Assembly: GCA_030704615.1 (NCBI GenBank)
Contig: CM060734.1
Coordinates: 44,826,001 to 44,890,000, forward strand
Length of the DNA: 64,000 bases
Direction of reading: 5' to 3'
From: Takakia lepidozioides
Lineage: Eukaryota > Plantae > Bryophyta
How positions within the stretch are numbered: the stretch's first letter is position 1; each line of letters starts with the position of its first letter. The position numbers and the translations under genes are program-made. The notes under the pieces were generated by a model, which searched no databases, had not been told where the DNA came from, and was given only the letters and a program-made list of their open reading frames with translations. Of this stretch, positions 12,904 through 26,430 are shown piece by piece.

Positions 12904-13595
12904 TTATGGTCTTGCACTCCCACTTCCACTTCCACTCCCTCCCTTCAACAACACAGACAAAGTTAGACTGACCCTCAGGGCAGCCAGGTTCTCAGTCACT
13001 TCCTCCAAGCCTTTTTTCTCCACAAAGTCCGTCTTGTCCATCACGAAAGCTTCAGTGGGGGTGATGCTCACGGACCAGGGCACAGTCTCTGGTGTTTCTC
13101 CAGCATGGAACTGCTTCTTGAAGCGCATGGTGAATGTGCCCTTCACGAGCAGGCTACTCCCAACACAATCCAGGCACTTCCTCAAATTGGAAACAAGTGC
13201 CTTCTGAAGTACATTGGAGTCATCTACCTCCACAACCCAAAACCTATCCTGCCCCTCCCGAATGTTCACCTCCATCCACACATGCTCCCCCGAAATTCGT
13301 GCTCTCTTTGTCCTGTCTACAATGAACCCACTATCCTCACCTGCACTAGCCACCACATTCCATATGGCAAGAGGGACGCCCATGGTGATGTACTCAATGC
13401 CATATGACTTGGGGGCATTCCCCTTGTGCATGACTACAATGCCATCAAGTCATACCTCTTTCGCCATCGCAGGCCCGAAAAGTATGCTTGCAAGTAGAGT
13501 GCGTGTCCCCACCTTTGTCGGGTGTAGGGACTCCAAAATGTCCCTGACATCCTTCACAGTAACCTGCAGAGTGGAAGCCAAAGCACCTGAATTGT
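12904..13595 (-). pseudogene. TE-associated ORF of unknown function (~230 aa, one internal stop)
   Basis: The 175-aa ORF 12904-13431 is in frame with the upstream YNSGALASTLQVTV...AKEV*LDGIVV. It has globular-looking composition and the same orientation as the transposase remnant. Confidence 0.45.
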
Positions 13596-16500
13596 AAAAC
13601 ATTTTGTGGGGAGACACTGACAAAACTGGAAATGTTGTGAAGCACTGATGCAATGTAAACAAGTACGCACTTCACAGCGTAGCACTGTAACGTTACAGGC
13701 CACCGAAGGAGCCAATGCCTTAGCAGAAAACACACACTCCCGCATAGTCCTAGAAAAAGGCTCGGCAGAGTGGGAGGCACGACAGTTCAGCCTGGGGTTC
13801 AAACCCTACGTAGGTGAAATCAAAGTTTCAATTTTCCCGCCACGACCAGCTCCCTCTTCCCCGCCACCTTGCTATGTGTGACTCCAGCACTTTGCACCAG
13901 TCGTACATATTGCATTCCTCTCCTCGTTCACTCATCAGTATCTATCCTCCTGTGTTTTCGTGTTTCCTTCCCGTTCTTACATGTTACCTTGCTTGATTTG
14001 TATTGTGTTCCCTCGCTCCACTGCGTAGCCCACAGGTGACAGTGAACATTCTGCACCTACACACGGCCTGGCTGCACTGTATCTCCGTATTGCGCACTTT
14101 CTCGATTTGGACCTGCTGCTGTATTCCGTTGTCTTCATTTGCAGCAATGCAAGTGCAAGTTATAGTATCTTGACCGGGGAGCCACATTGAAGGCTGGTCC
14201 GATCGAACTGTGTTTACTGTTTTTTTGTGCTTTCCGCGATGTCTACATCATGGCAACCTGTGTTTGAGGGGACAGGTTCCATGGGATGCGATGATGGGCT
14301 TGTGGGCGACATCAGAGGCTTGGTGGGGTCTCGCATCTCCTTACTGGATGCTTTGGTGGATTGGACCAAACCATCGAAATGGGATGTAATTCTCAGGGCT
14401 CACGAATCCGCTTCTAGAGTTGCATGGTGTGGATTCTATGATGAGACCGAGAACGAAGGTGCAATGCTCCCCAATACTGTAGTGTTGCGCTCTCGCTTCA
14501 TGTGTGCCCCGAATGAGGAGTAGGGGCCGCATGCGATTGGGCTTGACCCCGCAAAGGAGAATGAGTGTTTCCATGTCTTGACTGTTTTCCAGTGGCTATC
14601 TGGGTGTTGGAACTAATTGACGCATTGCCCTCCCCTATCCAAAGGTTGCTACAACGACGTTGTACCCCCAAGAGAGCATGGACTGGTCCAGGGGACGTTT
14701 GCATCACAATTGATGGCCCAGTATTGCATGTGCAGTTTGCTTCAGCCGTGCACTTCCCCAACAACAGCTCCTCTGTATTTCTTTGCGTCTTTCCTCAATG
14801 GGGCCGAAACCACTTCCACCATTGTTTGCATTTCTTCCGGTGGGATCCAAGAGTTGTAGTATGGAAGGAGAGAATGATACAAGTTGGTGCGGACGGTCCT
14901 CCATATGAATGGAATTTCAAGGAGGTGGATTGGCTTGATCCCTGCTGAATACTGTGTGCATGGTGTGCTGATCCATGGGGTCCATTTCACTTGTACGTGG
15001 TACAAGTACGAAACATAGGTGTCCTCTGTCTTACAGTCTTTATAGGGACAACTTTGTATGAAGAGGTCGCACCCATTTCGTCCACATGTAGTATTGCCCC
15101 ACGAATCGTTTCAGCTTCGCACCCCATAAAATGTGATTTGGGGGGGCATGACATCTTTTGGGAGATGATAGTTCTTCTTTTTGTGGCTTTTTTACTCTAA
15201 TGTGTATGCTGCAATGTGAGAAACGGCAGTAAACATGAACGTCACTCTCGGAAACCTGCCATGTCTTGGATACCTGCTATGTTAGGCTGCAATTTTCCAC
15301 CGGACCATGGACCCAATACTGGCATCTTCCATGTCCCTAACCAGTTTGGAGTACTTCATATCAGCAAAGACATCTGCCTATGCGTATGAAGGGATTGGGT
15401 GCTTGCAAAGCACACCATTCACTCGGCTTTTCTGTAGTGTAGCAAACGGGGCGTATGTTCTGCCTGACAATGAACACTCTCTGTGCTCAGCATTTGATTT
15501 GTATCCAATGAATTGTATTTCATAATGCAAAGTGCACAATTTTGGCAATGGAAGAGGCTGCAATTTATTTAAAATATTTCTTGCAGTTTGGATATTCACA
15601 GGAGAACATTGAATTTGTTTTACAGAAATCTGTCTTGGCCACATCGTCAATGTCAGTGTTAGATCTTCCACCACTTTTCATTCTATTTGCCAGTGTTCTC
15701 AAAGATGCAAGAGCACACCATACAAGGAGCTTTGCTCCACTACTTGTAGTTATTGGTTTCCCATTCTGCCCCCACTTTCCTCATTTATCAAGTTTGTTGT
15801 ACATGTTTTTTAGTCGCACACATACAAGTGGTGTAACGGTAAATTCTGCAACGACAGCACGCCGGATACGCACAGTTGAAAACAATGCAAACACTGCATA
15901 CAATGAGCTATGCATAAAATGAGTATGACAATGAGCAATGATTTTGACAATGACAATGGCTTTGACAAATAGCTATGACAATGCCTATGCACACAATGTA
16001 TTCAATGTATACAGACACTATAGACATTGGTGCTTGCAGAGGCATACGCAGGGAGGTTGGAAGAGCCACATCATAGGACGAAGAGACAGCATACTAGGTT
16101 CCCGTAAAAGATGAAGGGTCATGGGCCTCCCTTCGCAACACGGTGGAACCTGAATGGAGAGGCACGACCAGAAGTGAGTGCCCCCCCCCACTTCTGTGAT
16201 ACATTACTGTGCTAGGAACATCACACTTTGCTGCATGGAAGAACATTACGACGCCGATGACGATTGGAATGAAGATTCAGAGGACGACGAAGATGAAGAT
16301 GAAGATGAAGACGGTGTGGAATGGCATGACGTCGATGTTGAGATTGCAGAGGAGGACGAGGATGAAGATGACACTACAAGAGATGAGCGTTTTTAGGACT
16401 ACGGATTTGGCGGAGTCATAAAAACGGCACTAGGTATACGACTACAGAGCGCTGAAATGCGTTGCAGTCATAGTTTTATCACTTTATAGTAATGGATATC

Positions 16501-17129
16501 ACTACATAACTCTGGAAAATTAGGGAGCATTGGTCAAACATTGTTGACCATGATGACAATGATGGTTTTATGACTAGTGTGATATGTTTGACTAGACATG
16601 GACGACGTTTCATGGAATCTTGTGACTCCATGACTGAAGATGGTTTTACAGCTCTATTTATACGACTACATCCCTACACGTGTCATTTTGAAAGCACATA
16701 CATGAATCTATTCATCCATTGGATGAGTTTATCCATCGATGACATGGCATGTAAACTTATGAGTCCCTTACTGCAAATTGTTTCATAACTCTATATATAT
16801 GACTACATCACTACACATGTCATTTAAAAGGCATATACATTAATGAATTCATTCAATGGATGGGTTCATCCATCCGCCTATACGGTGTGTCGATTTGATA
16901 TCTGTTCAATAAATTGGACCTGGATGGACGTGGCTTAACAAGGATCGCAAGATATATGAGATTAAAATACATGGTTGTACAAGGTTAGATCATGTGATGG
17001 AAATTATTTTGAATCGTTAGATTTTACAGGATCTAACGGTCTAGATTGTTTAAGATCTAACGGTTTAAGATTACACCGCAGAACTTTACACCGGGCTGGG
17101 ACTTAGGCTTTTTTGTCTCCTGCGTTTCA

Positions 17130-18105
17130 CCATCTATTTGATGTTGTGTCATGGAACGCGATGATCGCAAGATATGCAAGGGCGTGGGATGGAGGCTTTG
17201 TAGACCTTCCTACTCTTGAGCAAATGATGTAGGAAGGAGAAGAGGAGGAGGAGAGGAGACGAGGAGAAGATCCCAACATTCTTGTGAGCTCGCCGTTTTT
17301 GGGAGAGAGACGAGACGAGGAGACGCTCGCCGTTCTTGGGAGAGTCAGCTTGGTCTTAGCAGGCCGTGTTTCAATCTCTGCCTGCTCAGTTGCACCGTGG
17401 TGGTTCGATCTCACATACCAATCCAACATTACCTGACTACAGATACAAGCAGCACACACAAGGGGTCCTTTTGGGCTGATGGTCAGTCAAATCCTCTATG
17501 GGTCATGATACAAGGTAAAGGACAATGTGGTGAGGATACCTTCTTCTTTGACCTATTTCAGCCTGTTTTGCTCTGTTTGGCAGCATGAAAGTATCCAAAA
17601 ACAGATAATAGAGATGAGGAGAAGCTTTGGAATGAACACTTTTCCGACCCCAATCAATGGCGAGACAATGGAGACAAAAAGGTGAATGCATGTTGGACTA
17701 CACTAGAGAGAAGTAGATGCAATTTAGAATTAGAACTACTGTAATAATTAGGGTTGGGGTTTGCTGGAAGAACTTCACGCCGTCAGTGTCAGCTGCTAGC
17801 AGCAAGTATTCATGATTTGAGGGATGGAGGCTTTGGAGACCTATGAGCAAATTATGAGGGAAGGGATAGTGAAGCCCGACCACATAACGTGTGTATGTGT
17901 TTGCAATGCGTGTGCAAGCCTGGCAGCCCTGGAAAAGGGCAGAAGGTCTATGGTTGCATCGTCAAAGCTACAAATGTACCACATGTCATTTTGAACACTC
18001 CCCTGGTGGACAATATATATGCCAAATGTAGGTGTAGCAAGGATGCAAAGGGAGTGTTCAACAACATGGCTAAACAAGATGTGGTGTCTTGGAGTACCAT
18101 GATGA
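17130..18105 (+). pseudogene. PLS-type PPR fragments captured inside the CACTA element
   Basis: DVVSWNAMIARYA (17140) and GMEALETYEQIMREGIVKPDHIT...LVDNIYAKC..SKDAKGVFNNMAKQDVVSWSTMM (17820-18105); frameshifted. Confidence 0.8.
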
Positions 18106-19199
18106 CCACCTTCCCCGGTGACTCTCTCTCTCTCCCTCTCTCTCCCTCTCTCTCCCTCTCTCCAACTACTTGTTTGGGATTATCAATTTTTTTCCATAAT
18201 ACTTATTTTGGAAATACTATATATTTTTAATCCCAATTTTTAAGGTTTCATCCATACTGAATGAAATTTCTGTTATAACCATAACTAGATGATTTATAGG
18301 CAGATATGCATTTCAATGCATTTTAGGTTTATGCTCCTTTGATTTAAACCTATTGAATGCCCATTTTTCATCCTAGTCTGATACCATCCATACCGGATGG
18401 TGGATGAAATCGCGGGTGGTTTTCCTTTAAGTGTCTCTCTGCCCTAGACACAGCACGATATCGTGCGTGTTTTTTTTCTCTGGAAGAGGGCGATGGCGGA
18501 CGAATGCTCGATGGCGGCTGAATGCCCGAGCAGTAAGATCCGAACGGGTGTGTTCTTGTTTTTTTGAACGCGCGATGATTTGCAGACACTTTCATCTCCC
18601 GCGATGGCAAATGACATACTGTTATGTTTGCCTACGTTTTTTCCTCATTGATGAAGCAACGGCGGTTATGGAGGTGGGGAAGCGGCCTGTATTACAAGAT
18701 ACAACCTATCCTCAACTCTCCTCCCGTTGCATTCTGTCGTGCTCGTTCAAATTCAGATGATGAACACTGCAGCTTCCTACTCCACAAAAGATTGAGGTTC
18801 TTTGTGGTGTCACATCTATGCTTTCTTCTGCTGGTTCTGTGATCTTTGCATGCTTTATGGCTCATACCTGACATGGATAGCAACTGTGAAATCCTGTAAT
18901 TCACCTCGCGCATCCTCACTAATGCACAAAACATTTTTTGTGTTTGTTTTTGGGACGGGCGCAGGTGAGGGATTTCACTTGGCATGAACTCTTTGGCTTG
19001 CAGATGATCTGGTTACTGCAGGAGGGATAAGATATGTTGCAAGCTGCCGTTGTTGCAATTTTCTGCTTCAAAGCTGCTTCAAGGGGGATATGCCTTAAAC
19101 CTACTTTGATTTCTGGTTCTTGGTAACCAAATCTGTTAAGTCAGGGAAGTAAATGGGCCGGGCCTCCTAGAAATCAGACCTTATTGTGAAAGTTCGGGC

Positions 19200-20000
19200 T
19201 GGTTGTGATGACAAGGGTTTGGTGATGCAAGTGTGACATTTGATGCATTTTTCCAGACCTGTTTTCTGGCCTTTTGGAGAGTCAGACAGTCCTGTTTATG
19301 CCTCACCAGTTTAGAATGTATTAAGTAAGGCATTGGGTAAGCCTTTTTAAGAACACATACATTCTTTCAGGCTCCCCCATGGAGATTATAACCTGATTAC
19401 AGACTGGTATTTTTGAGGATATCTCTAAAACTTGGCAGAGTGAGTGGATAAGGCCTTGGGATACATACCATAGCCCTGCATCTACTTATGGAAGTACAAT
19501 CAGTTCAGCTTGTGCTTTTAGGAACATACAAGTCCTTTAAAGCTGTAATAGGGAATTGTTTTCATCAAAGCTCTCACTCTTAGGCCTGCTGGAATGGTTT
19601 TCTCAAAGACCTGTTGAGCTTACAACATACTTGTTTAAGCTATTTGAACCCAAGAATTACCAAGCCAGTATTTTTAAAGGGCTTTTTTGATTACGAATTG
19701 TATTCTTAAGCTCCCCCCAGAGATTGGGAATGTGACATGGTAATGACTCTCTCTCTCTCCTCCTCTGATACATAATACATATATACATGATTTGTGCAGA
19801 GACATGGATAGCTGAAGGAGCAGGGATAGAGTGCATGGGTCCAGATTCATCCAAGATGGCCGGATTTCAATCTCCAGATTACATATGATTCCCTGTGGAA
19901 GGATAGCTACAAGAAACTTGCATGGATAGATGACCAATTGGTTGGTCTTGAGCTGAAGAGCACGACCCCTGCAGGGATGTCTCTCCATCTGTAGATCTTT
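19200..20000 (-). mobile_element. Degenerate LINE ORF1-like fragment within the CACTA element
   Basis: Broken frames with KGLPNA...HKQDC, resembling an ORF1 zinc-knuckle region; weak. Confidence 0.25.
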
Positions 20001-22082
20001 TAGGAAGTGGAAGGCTAGGCCTAGGGCCCAGCTTTCTTATGACATTGTTAGCTGATTTTCAGTTCTTCTCCTTAGCTCGGTGCCTTTCTGTTTCCAAGTT
20101 ATGGCAGTAGTTTCTGGCTGCAGCCTCTTTTCCTGCTAGACTCTTTAGCTCTATGCAGACCCCCTTATTTGCTTGCCTTCCTTCTTACTACTCTTTCTTG
20201 TCTTGGTACGCGAAGCTGTGTCTTCCTCTTTCAGCCTCTATGGCACTCTATCCAGAGGTTATTTTTCCTCTTTGTAAATGAGCTGGCTCTTATAAGGCTC
20301 CACCCGATTCTTGCACAAATCCAACCGCTTGAAGGATGCTTTGTGTGGATGTGCAAAACACTCAGGGTGAACCCAGTAGGTGCCCAGAAAGAGGCTCTAG
20401 GTAGAACTTTACATGGCACAATCAGTTATGAGAGTGAAGAGGCAGAGGAAGAGTTAGAGCATACTGTGAAGTTTGGAGAGCAAAAGCCCATCCTGCAGCC
20501 AACCGATTGACCACTACCCCACTGTCCCTCTTTGTTAACAAAAATAAAAATAATAAAAAAGACAACAATGGCTTCCATTCTATTTTCCTAGAAACCTAAT
20601 GAGAATTTAAATCAATTAATAATCTAAATATTATAATTGTATGATTTAATTTATTAAATTAAAATATTATTAAAAAACCTCTTTAGTCATGAAGTTATTC
20701 ATGACTACATCATGGCAACGTGGCATTATATGATACGATATTTCTTTCCCACGTGTGGGTCATATATGTTGTCCATGTGGACACGTGTCACATCCGGAGT
20801 GCTACATATGTCTCTCTGACGCCTCTCCAATGGAGTTATACTTTGTAGACATGTAGTCATATAGTTAGTCATATATAAATCATATAGTTGTGACTACATC
20901 CTCTCTACAGCATGACTCCAGGTGCCACGCACGCAGTCACGGCTATGACTTGCAAAACGCAGTCCTAAAGACTAGTCGCTATGACAGGGCTTTTTTCATT
21001 GCAGAGTGATATAGTCATGAACGCATATAGGACTGAAAAAATAGTCATATGTGCAGTCATAAAAACGCTCATCTGTTGTAGTGTGAAGATGAGGACGGTG
21101 TGGAATGGCATGACGTCGATGTTGACATTGCAGAGGAGGAATTCGATCCATTGAGCAATGTGAATGACAGACACCGGTGGTGCGAGTTGCAGGCAGGAGA
21201 GTGACATGTGTTGTGGTACACAGCCATGAATATGGTGGAGTATGGGCCACAACATGCCTCCCGTCGGATTCAGGTGCATATGCGGTGGGTTCTCATTTTC
21301 CGCGGTGACATTGAGGCCCGCTCTTTCATAAGCGCACCCGACGCATGATGCCCTCTCTGTATGTATCATTATGGGAATCCTAACGGCACTCATCGATCTC
21401 CTTACACGTCATTGATTTGCCATTGTGCAACGCATTGGATGTCCTGGAAGGTGGAGAACAAAACATTGGCCTGGGTTATATACAGAATCATCACTGGTGG
21501 AGACATTCGCATGATGACTGAACCAGGCCATCCTTAGGATGAGGTGTACTTGGGAGGGCATATGTTCATTTTTGAATGGAACATATCGAAACAACTTCAT
21601 CACAAAAAGTGTAACGAACAGACATTGAGGCTGCAAAAGATAATTGGAATCCCCACTGGGGAGAATGCAGATGCACTGCATGTCATACATTCGTTGCGAT
21701 GATGGGCAACAAGTCCGACATGGGACATTTCAATGTACTGTGTTACAAGCGAGGAATGCCCAAACAATGGGGAGGAGAGTACACATTGAAGGGGAAAGAG
21801 TATAAAAATAGGAAGGTGAATGCGTCCACAAATGCCACGGCAGTCACAGTCTTCTGGGATGGGGGTTCTTCGACCTTGTCCTAGGCCGTGAACGGTGGGT
21901 GGAAGACACTCCCACAACCTCCCGCACAGGCCGGACATATGGTGGTCGTGCATAGGGGAGGCCATGTCCTGCTCGGCCTTCCAGCTCTGCCATGACCAAG
22001 TTGCAATTTTGCTGTCTCTTTGCAACAGCAGCCTCAAGAGGAAACCAATCCTGGTTTAGCTGCAAACAATATGTGAGTGGCA

Positions 22083-22880
22083 TCAAGGTTGTATGTGCAT
22101 GAAGAAAATGTGGAAGGACATAAACGGCACCCGTGCACAATTGCCAAGAGGAATGCGATTCAGACAATGGAGGTTCGACTGAGTGCTTACCGGACTTGCA
22201 AAACCCGACACAGGGTTCACGAAGCATTGGTCAAGGTACAAGGCAATGTAATGAGCTGTGAAGAGGCCACATTCCCATGTGGACGATTGCTGGGGAACTG
22301 GGGGGCACACCCATCGCATAGGATCGGTGGCCTCCACCACCTTGGGTCTGGAGGGTAGAATCCTCTGACCATAGCCCAGAATCTAGTAAACCGTGGCTTC
22401 AACCTCTTGTGTTTGTGCATGTTTTTAATGCTATTCAAGTGAAGGTGGCGCATGGGTTCCATTATTACGACACTCCAGTGGTTGTTGCACAATACATGCA
22501 GACTTTCAGCATCGTCATATCCACGAAACACACGATTCCACATGCAAAATGCGTATGGAAGCGAGACAAAGGGGCAGGGTGTGCAGAAAACTCAGAAGTA
22601 ACAGGGACAATGAGCGCTTCCACACCAACACAGTTCAGAGTAGGGAATCGTCTGTCCATCCAAGTCTGTATGGACTCAACTATTGTCCCATATGCACTGC
22701 AATGTTCCCGAAGACAAATCCAAGTGAAACTGTCTAGAAATCGCACTTTACTGCGTACAGTGGTAGAAAGGGAAAGTGTTTTGCAAGAAACCCAAAAGTC
22801 CATGAGGCGGTCGCTTGTCCAGCCCCTTGCATGCACCAGGTCATCTGCATCTTCGAGTCTAAGAGGGATCTGAGGGGAGA
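22083..22880 (-). pseudogene. Ulp1-like (C48) SUMO/ubiquitin-like protease remnant of a DNA transposon
   Basis: FLDSFTW; LCNNHWSVVIM...HLNSI; VPQQSSTWECGLF (His, Gln and Cys catalytic motifs), split across frames. Confidence 0.75.
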
Positions 22881-24299
22881 ATGCATCTTGCATAAACCAT
22901 ATGTCTGTCGTTGGTTGGACAAGCGCACCACAGGCAATCCTGAAAACACGCACCACATATGCGTTTAAGGCAAATGCGCATGGTCAATGACAATGCTGGT
23001 GCAATTCGCAAAAGGATTTGAAGGTATACCATATCATTTACTGTAAAGAAGGGTGCACGGGCGTTGAACTCACAATACTTTTTCCAATCTCGCTATGTAT
23101 CCTGCACAGTGCCGAGGAACCATAAGAATTCACGCGCACATGCAAGCGCTCGTGCAACAGTACACATACAAAAAAACATGTTACATGCAAGAATACAAAT
23201 GCTTACCTCTTCCTCATTTTATTTCGTTGGCTTGGAACTACAAGTACAGCATTGGGTGGAACCTCATCTGGAGAATGGTGCATTGCATCACTCGCGCTAT
23301 CAGCCGCGATGGCGATGGGGCTGGCGAATATGACATTGCGGGCAAGCTTACGTCTGCCCTGCACACTCCCATCCACGTCACCCTGAGTCTGTGCTATGGC
23401 GTCTGTACTGTCAAATGTATTCATACCCGAGGGAAAGACAATCTCCCAGGGACGAATGGGGGAAGGCAATGCAAAGATTTTCTGATGTGGCGTTCGGGGC
23501 TCTTCAAAAAGATGGACATGGGGGGTTTCTGAGGACCCAACAATGGTTGCCGCAGAAACAAATGCACCATCATCAAGGGGACATTGGACACTAAGGGGGG
23601 CAGGACTCATAAAATGATGTGTTAAATTGCAAGAGGCCACAGGGGGCAGAAGTCCACCACAATCGAGAAATACCTGACTGGCAGCAAGGTCCATTTCAAG
23701 TTGAGTCAGGAGACCTGGTTGGGGGCAAAAGAGACATATGCAAAGGTGTCTTTGTCATGGGGGTAAAGGACGTTTACGCTAGCGTCCACATAGTCTGCAC
23801 ATGCAGGTTTAGCTGTGGGTGCATCTGTAACACTGTCCACCACAGCAGGAAGGGGGCCATCTAAATTCTGAAGTTGTACAACTGTTTCCACTTCAGGCTG
23901 TACCAAATCATCTGCACACGGAGGGCTACCCACGTTCTTGGAGGCAATGTCAGCCGCATCCACCAACACGTGGATATTTGTATCCTCTATGGGGTAGCGG
24001 GGGGGCGATCCATTGCCTACTCTGGGAAGGAGAAGCAACCCCAACGCTACACGAGTGTGTATTTTCTGTGGCACCCCAGCCTGGCAAGAGCAACAGCATC
24101 TGCAGATTTTTGTGCACATTGGAATGCCTCATTGACTTCAGAGTCATTGTAATCAAGAGAGCCTGCACAGGTCAAGGTGGAGTACACTTAAGCACCTCTT
24201 CCATTTCAAAGCAGCACACATACTTACACGTACAAAGAAGACATTGTAAGAACATCCACATTGCAATGACTATCGTGCAAAGGATGGACATTTCACCTA

Positions 24300-26430
24300 C
24301 CTGGATCCCGACCAATCCAACCCAAGTCAAGATCCTCTTGATACTTCAAGGCAACTTTGAAATCCTGGAGGGCCTTATCAACACCATGTCCTGGCAGTCC
24401 CACCCCACACCACAAGACCTCAAAGGAAGTAGGGTTACAAATGCAAGGACTTGTGCAGCCCTGTATCCGACTCCATGCATGAACTCATTCATGGAATCCA
24501 ATACACGCAACCGGTCCTCTTCTTGCCGGTCAACAAGGTCATGTGTAGTTTCAAGCACCCCCCTCTTGACCTCCTCGTAGGGGGGTATGCCACCATACAA
24601 TAACTGTCCAAATGACATGAAATTCGCTGCAACATTTCTAATCGCAGTCTTACCCTCGCTGGTGTACAGAAGTTACTCAAGGAGTACATGCAACACCGAG
24701 TTCCTGGGTGTGGACAGGGGAGTAGACGCATCAACGTGGCACATCCAAATCAAGCACAAAACCTGCATGAAAGGGGGCACACGGGGGTTCTCCCACGGGT
24801 TCGTTGATGACGATAGAAGGTCCATGAGCCTGTGGGCTTCTTGTTTCGAATGATTGTAAATATTAGGCATGTCCGGGAACTCAACCATCTTGAGAATTCT
24901 GAACAATGGCGACCAGCCCCATTTAGCCTCGTCTAATTCATCATGTGTTACCCTCTCCCATTTGGCCATGCCAACCTCCACATACTGACGTCTTCGAGCC
25001 TCCAACATAGCCAAAGCTGCAACCTCCTTCACTTCGTAATCATTGAGAGTAGCTCTATATTTGTTGTACTCAACAACCGTGACGCATTCACTGTACCGGC
25101 CAGCATGGTCGGGAGTGAAACCAGGACGTTTCGCAAACAAATTTAATGTCTTCTTCAAAAGCTCCGTAAGCTCAGGGGGCGGTCCCCCATGCTGCGACCA
25201 CAGTCGTGCGCCAGGAAGGACCCCACATTAGCATAGAACGGAACAGAACGAATGACAGTGAAGGATAAAAAGCATGCACTGGACATCAATATGCCATGGA
25301 TGCAAACCAAATGCTTCATGTCCAGTTACAAGTAATACAATATAATGAACACAATCCCAATTCCATGATGTGCAAAACACCTGCTGAAAATGCAGAATGC
25401 ATGGAGGTTCCAGTATGATTGAAGTCACCACCATTCCATACATTTGGGCAGAAGATGCAGGGCGCAGTGAAATGAATGTATGGGATACAGTCGTAGCAGA
25501 AGCATGTATCCATAAACATGACAAAAAATGATTGGAAGTAAAATTGTTGAGGGTGAGAAGGGGACATACCATGAATTTCATAAACCATCTACCGTAGGCA
25601 GCACCCATCATACTGTCAGCAAAATCGGGGGTCCCCGAAAGGTCCACAAGTCTGCGGTAAAATTCAGGGTCGTCGGGTGAAACGAATCCAAGAGGCAATA
25701 GATTGAAGTCCACGAGGTAGCTAAGGCCTGCCCATGAAACAACAACGGGTCTGGGTGGAAGAGCAATATCAGACCACAATCTCAAAGCAGCTGCTTCAAA
25801 TGCCTCTGCGGCCTCGTCTCTATTCAGATCCCTAAGTCGATTTTTGTTAAACAAATCTTCTGGATTTGGAGGGACGGTATGGTGATTGTTGGATTCCCTG
25901 GGTCCGTCCCCTGCCGGTGTAGTCTGTTTCTCTGGCTGGACAACTTTGTGCTCTGCAATGTTGCACTGCCCTGGCGCCACAGACTGACCCTCATTCTTTT
26001 GTAGACGCAAGCCCTTCTTCCGCACCTTCAAAGGTGGCATGTCTGCAAATTCCTCATCACCGCTGTCAAGCAGGTCCACAACCGTATCGCCCTTATCCAC
26101 GTCCACCTTTTGCGGACGGGAGTTTTCTCGAGGCGCCAGACCGTGATTGGTGAGAACAGCCTCATAGACCGCCTTTTGGGCCACCTCAAAAACAGGGTAC
26201 ATTTTGAGTTTAGGGGCACCTTTGTACTGACGAGCATCACATCCGTTTATCCTGTGAATGTTTAGTTTCTTTTTGTCTTTATAGATCCTATTACAGAAAA
26301 TGCATTTGAATGGCTTCCTGTTATTACAATCAGGTTCCTCAACCCTTGCCTTCGTGTGGGCCTCGCAGATCAATTCCTCCCACTCGTCGTCTTCGTACTC
26401 CTCCTGGTACACCCGACGGGCTTCCACCAT
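24300..26430 (-). CDS. TE-associated zinc-finger protein (spliced, downstream part disrupted)
   Basis: ATG at 26430 (MVEARRV). KPFKCIFCNRIYKDKKKLNIHRINGC zinc finger at ~26239-26316. Donor ATG|gtatgt at ~25570. Coding-like frame continues 25225-24300 with in-frame stops. Confidence 0.5.

Larger units (their letters stand above)
16372..21083. mobile_element. Complete non-autonomous CACTA element (4712 bp) with captured gene fragments (Pack-CACTA)
   Basis: Left TIR CACTACAAGAGATGAGCGTTTTT (16372) and right TIR AAAAACGCTCATCTGTTGTAGTG (21061-21083). 3-bp TSD TGA at 16369-16371 and 21084-21086. ATGACT/AGTCAT subterminal repeats at both ends. Removing it rejoins an acidic EDED-GVEWHDVDV repeat. 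Confidence 0.93.

Noticed and set aside
7406-21083. One giant CACTA from 7406 to 21083
   Set aside because: Flanks are ATG versus TGA (no TSD), whereas 16372-21083 has a perfect TGA TSD.
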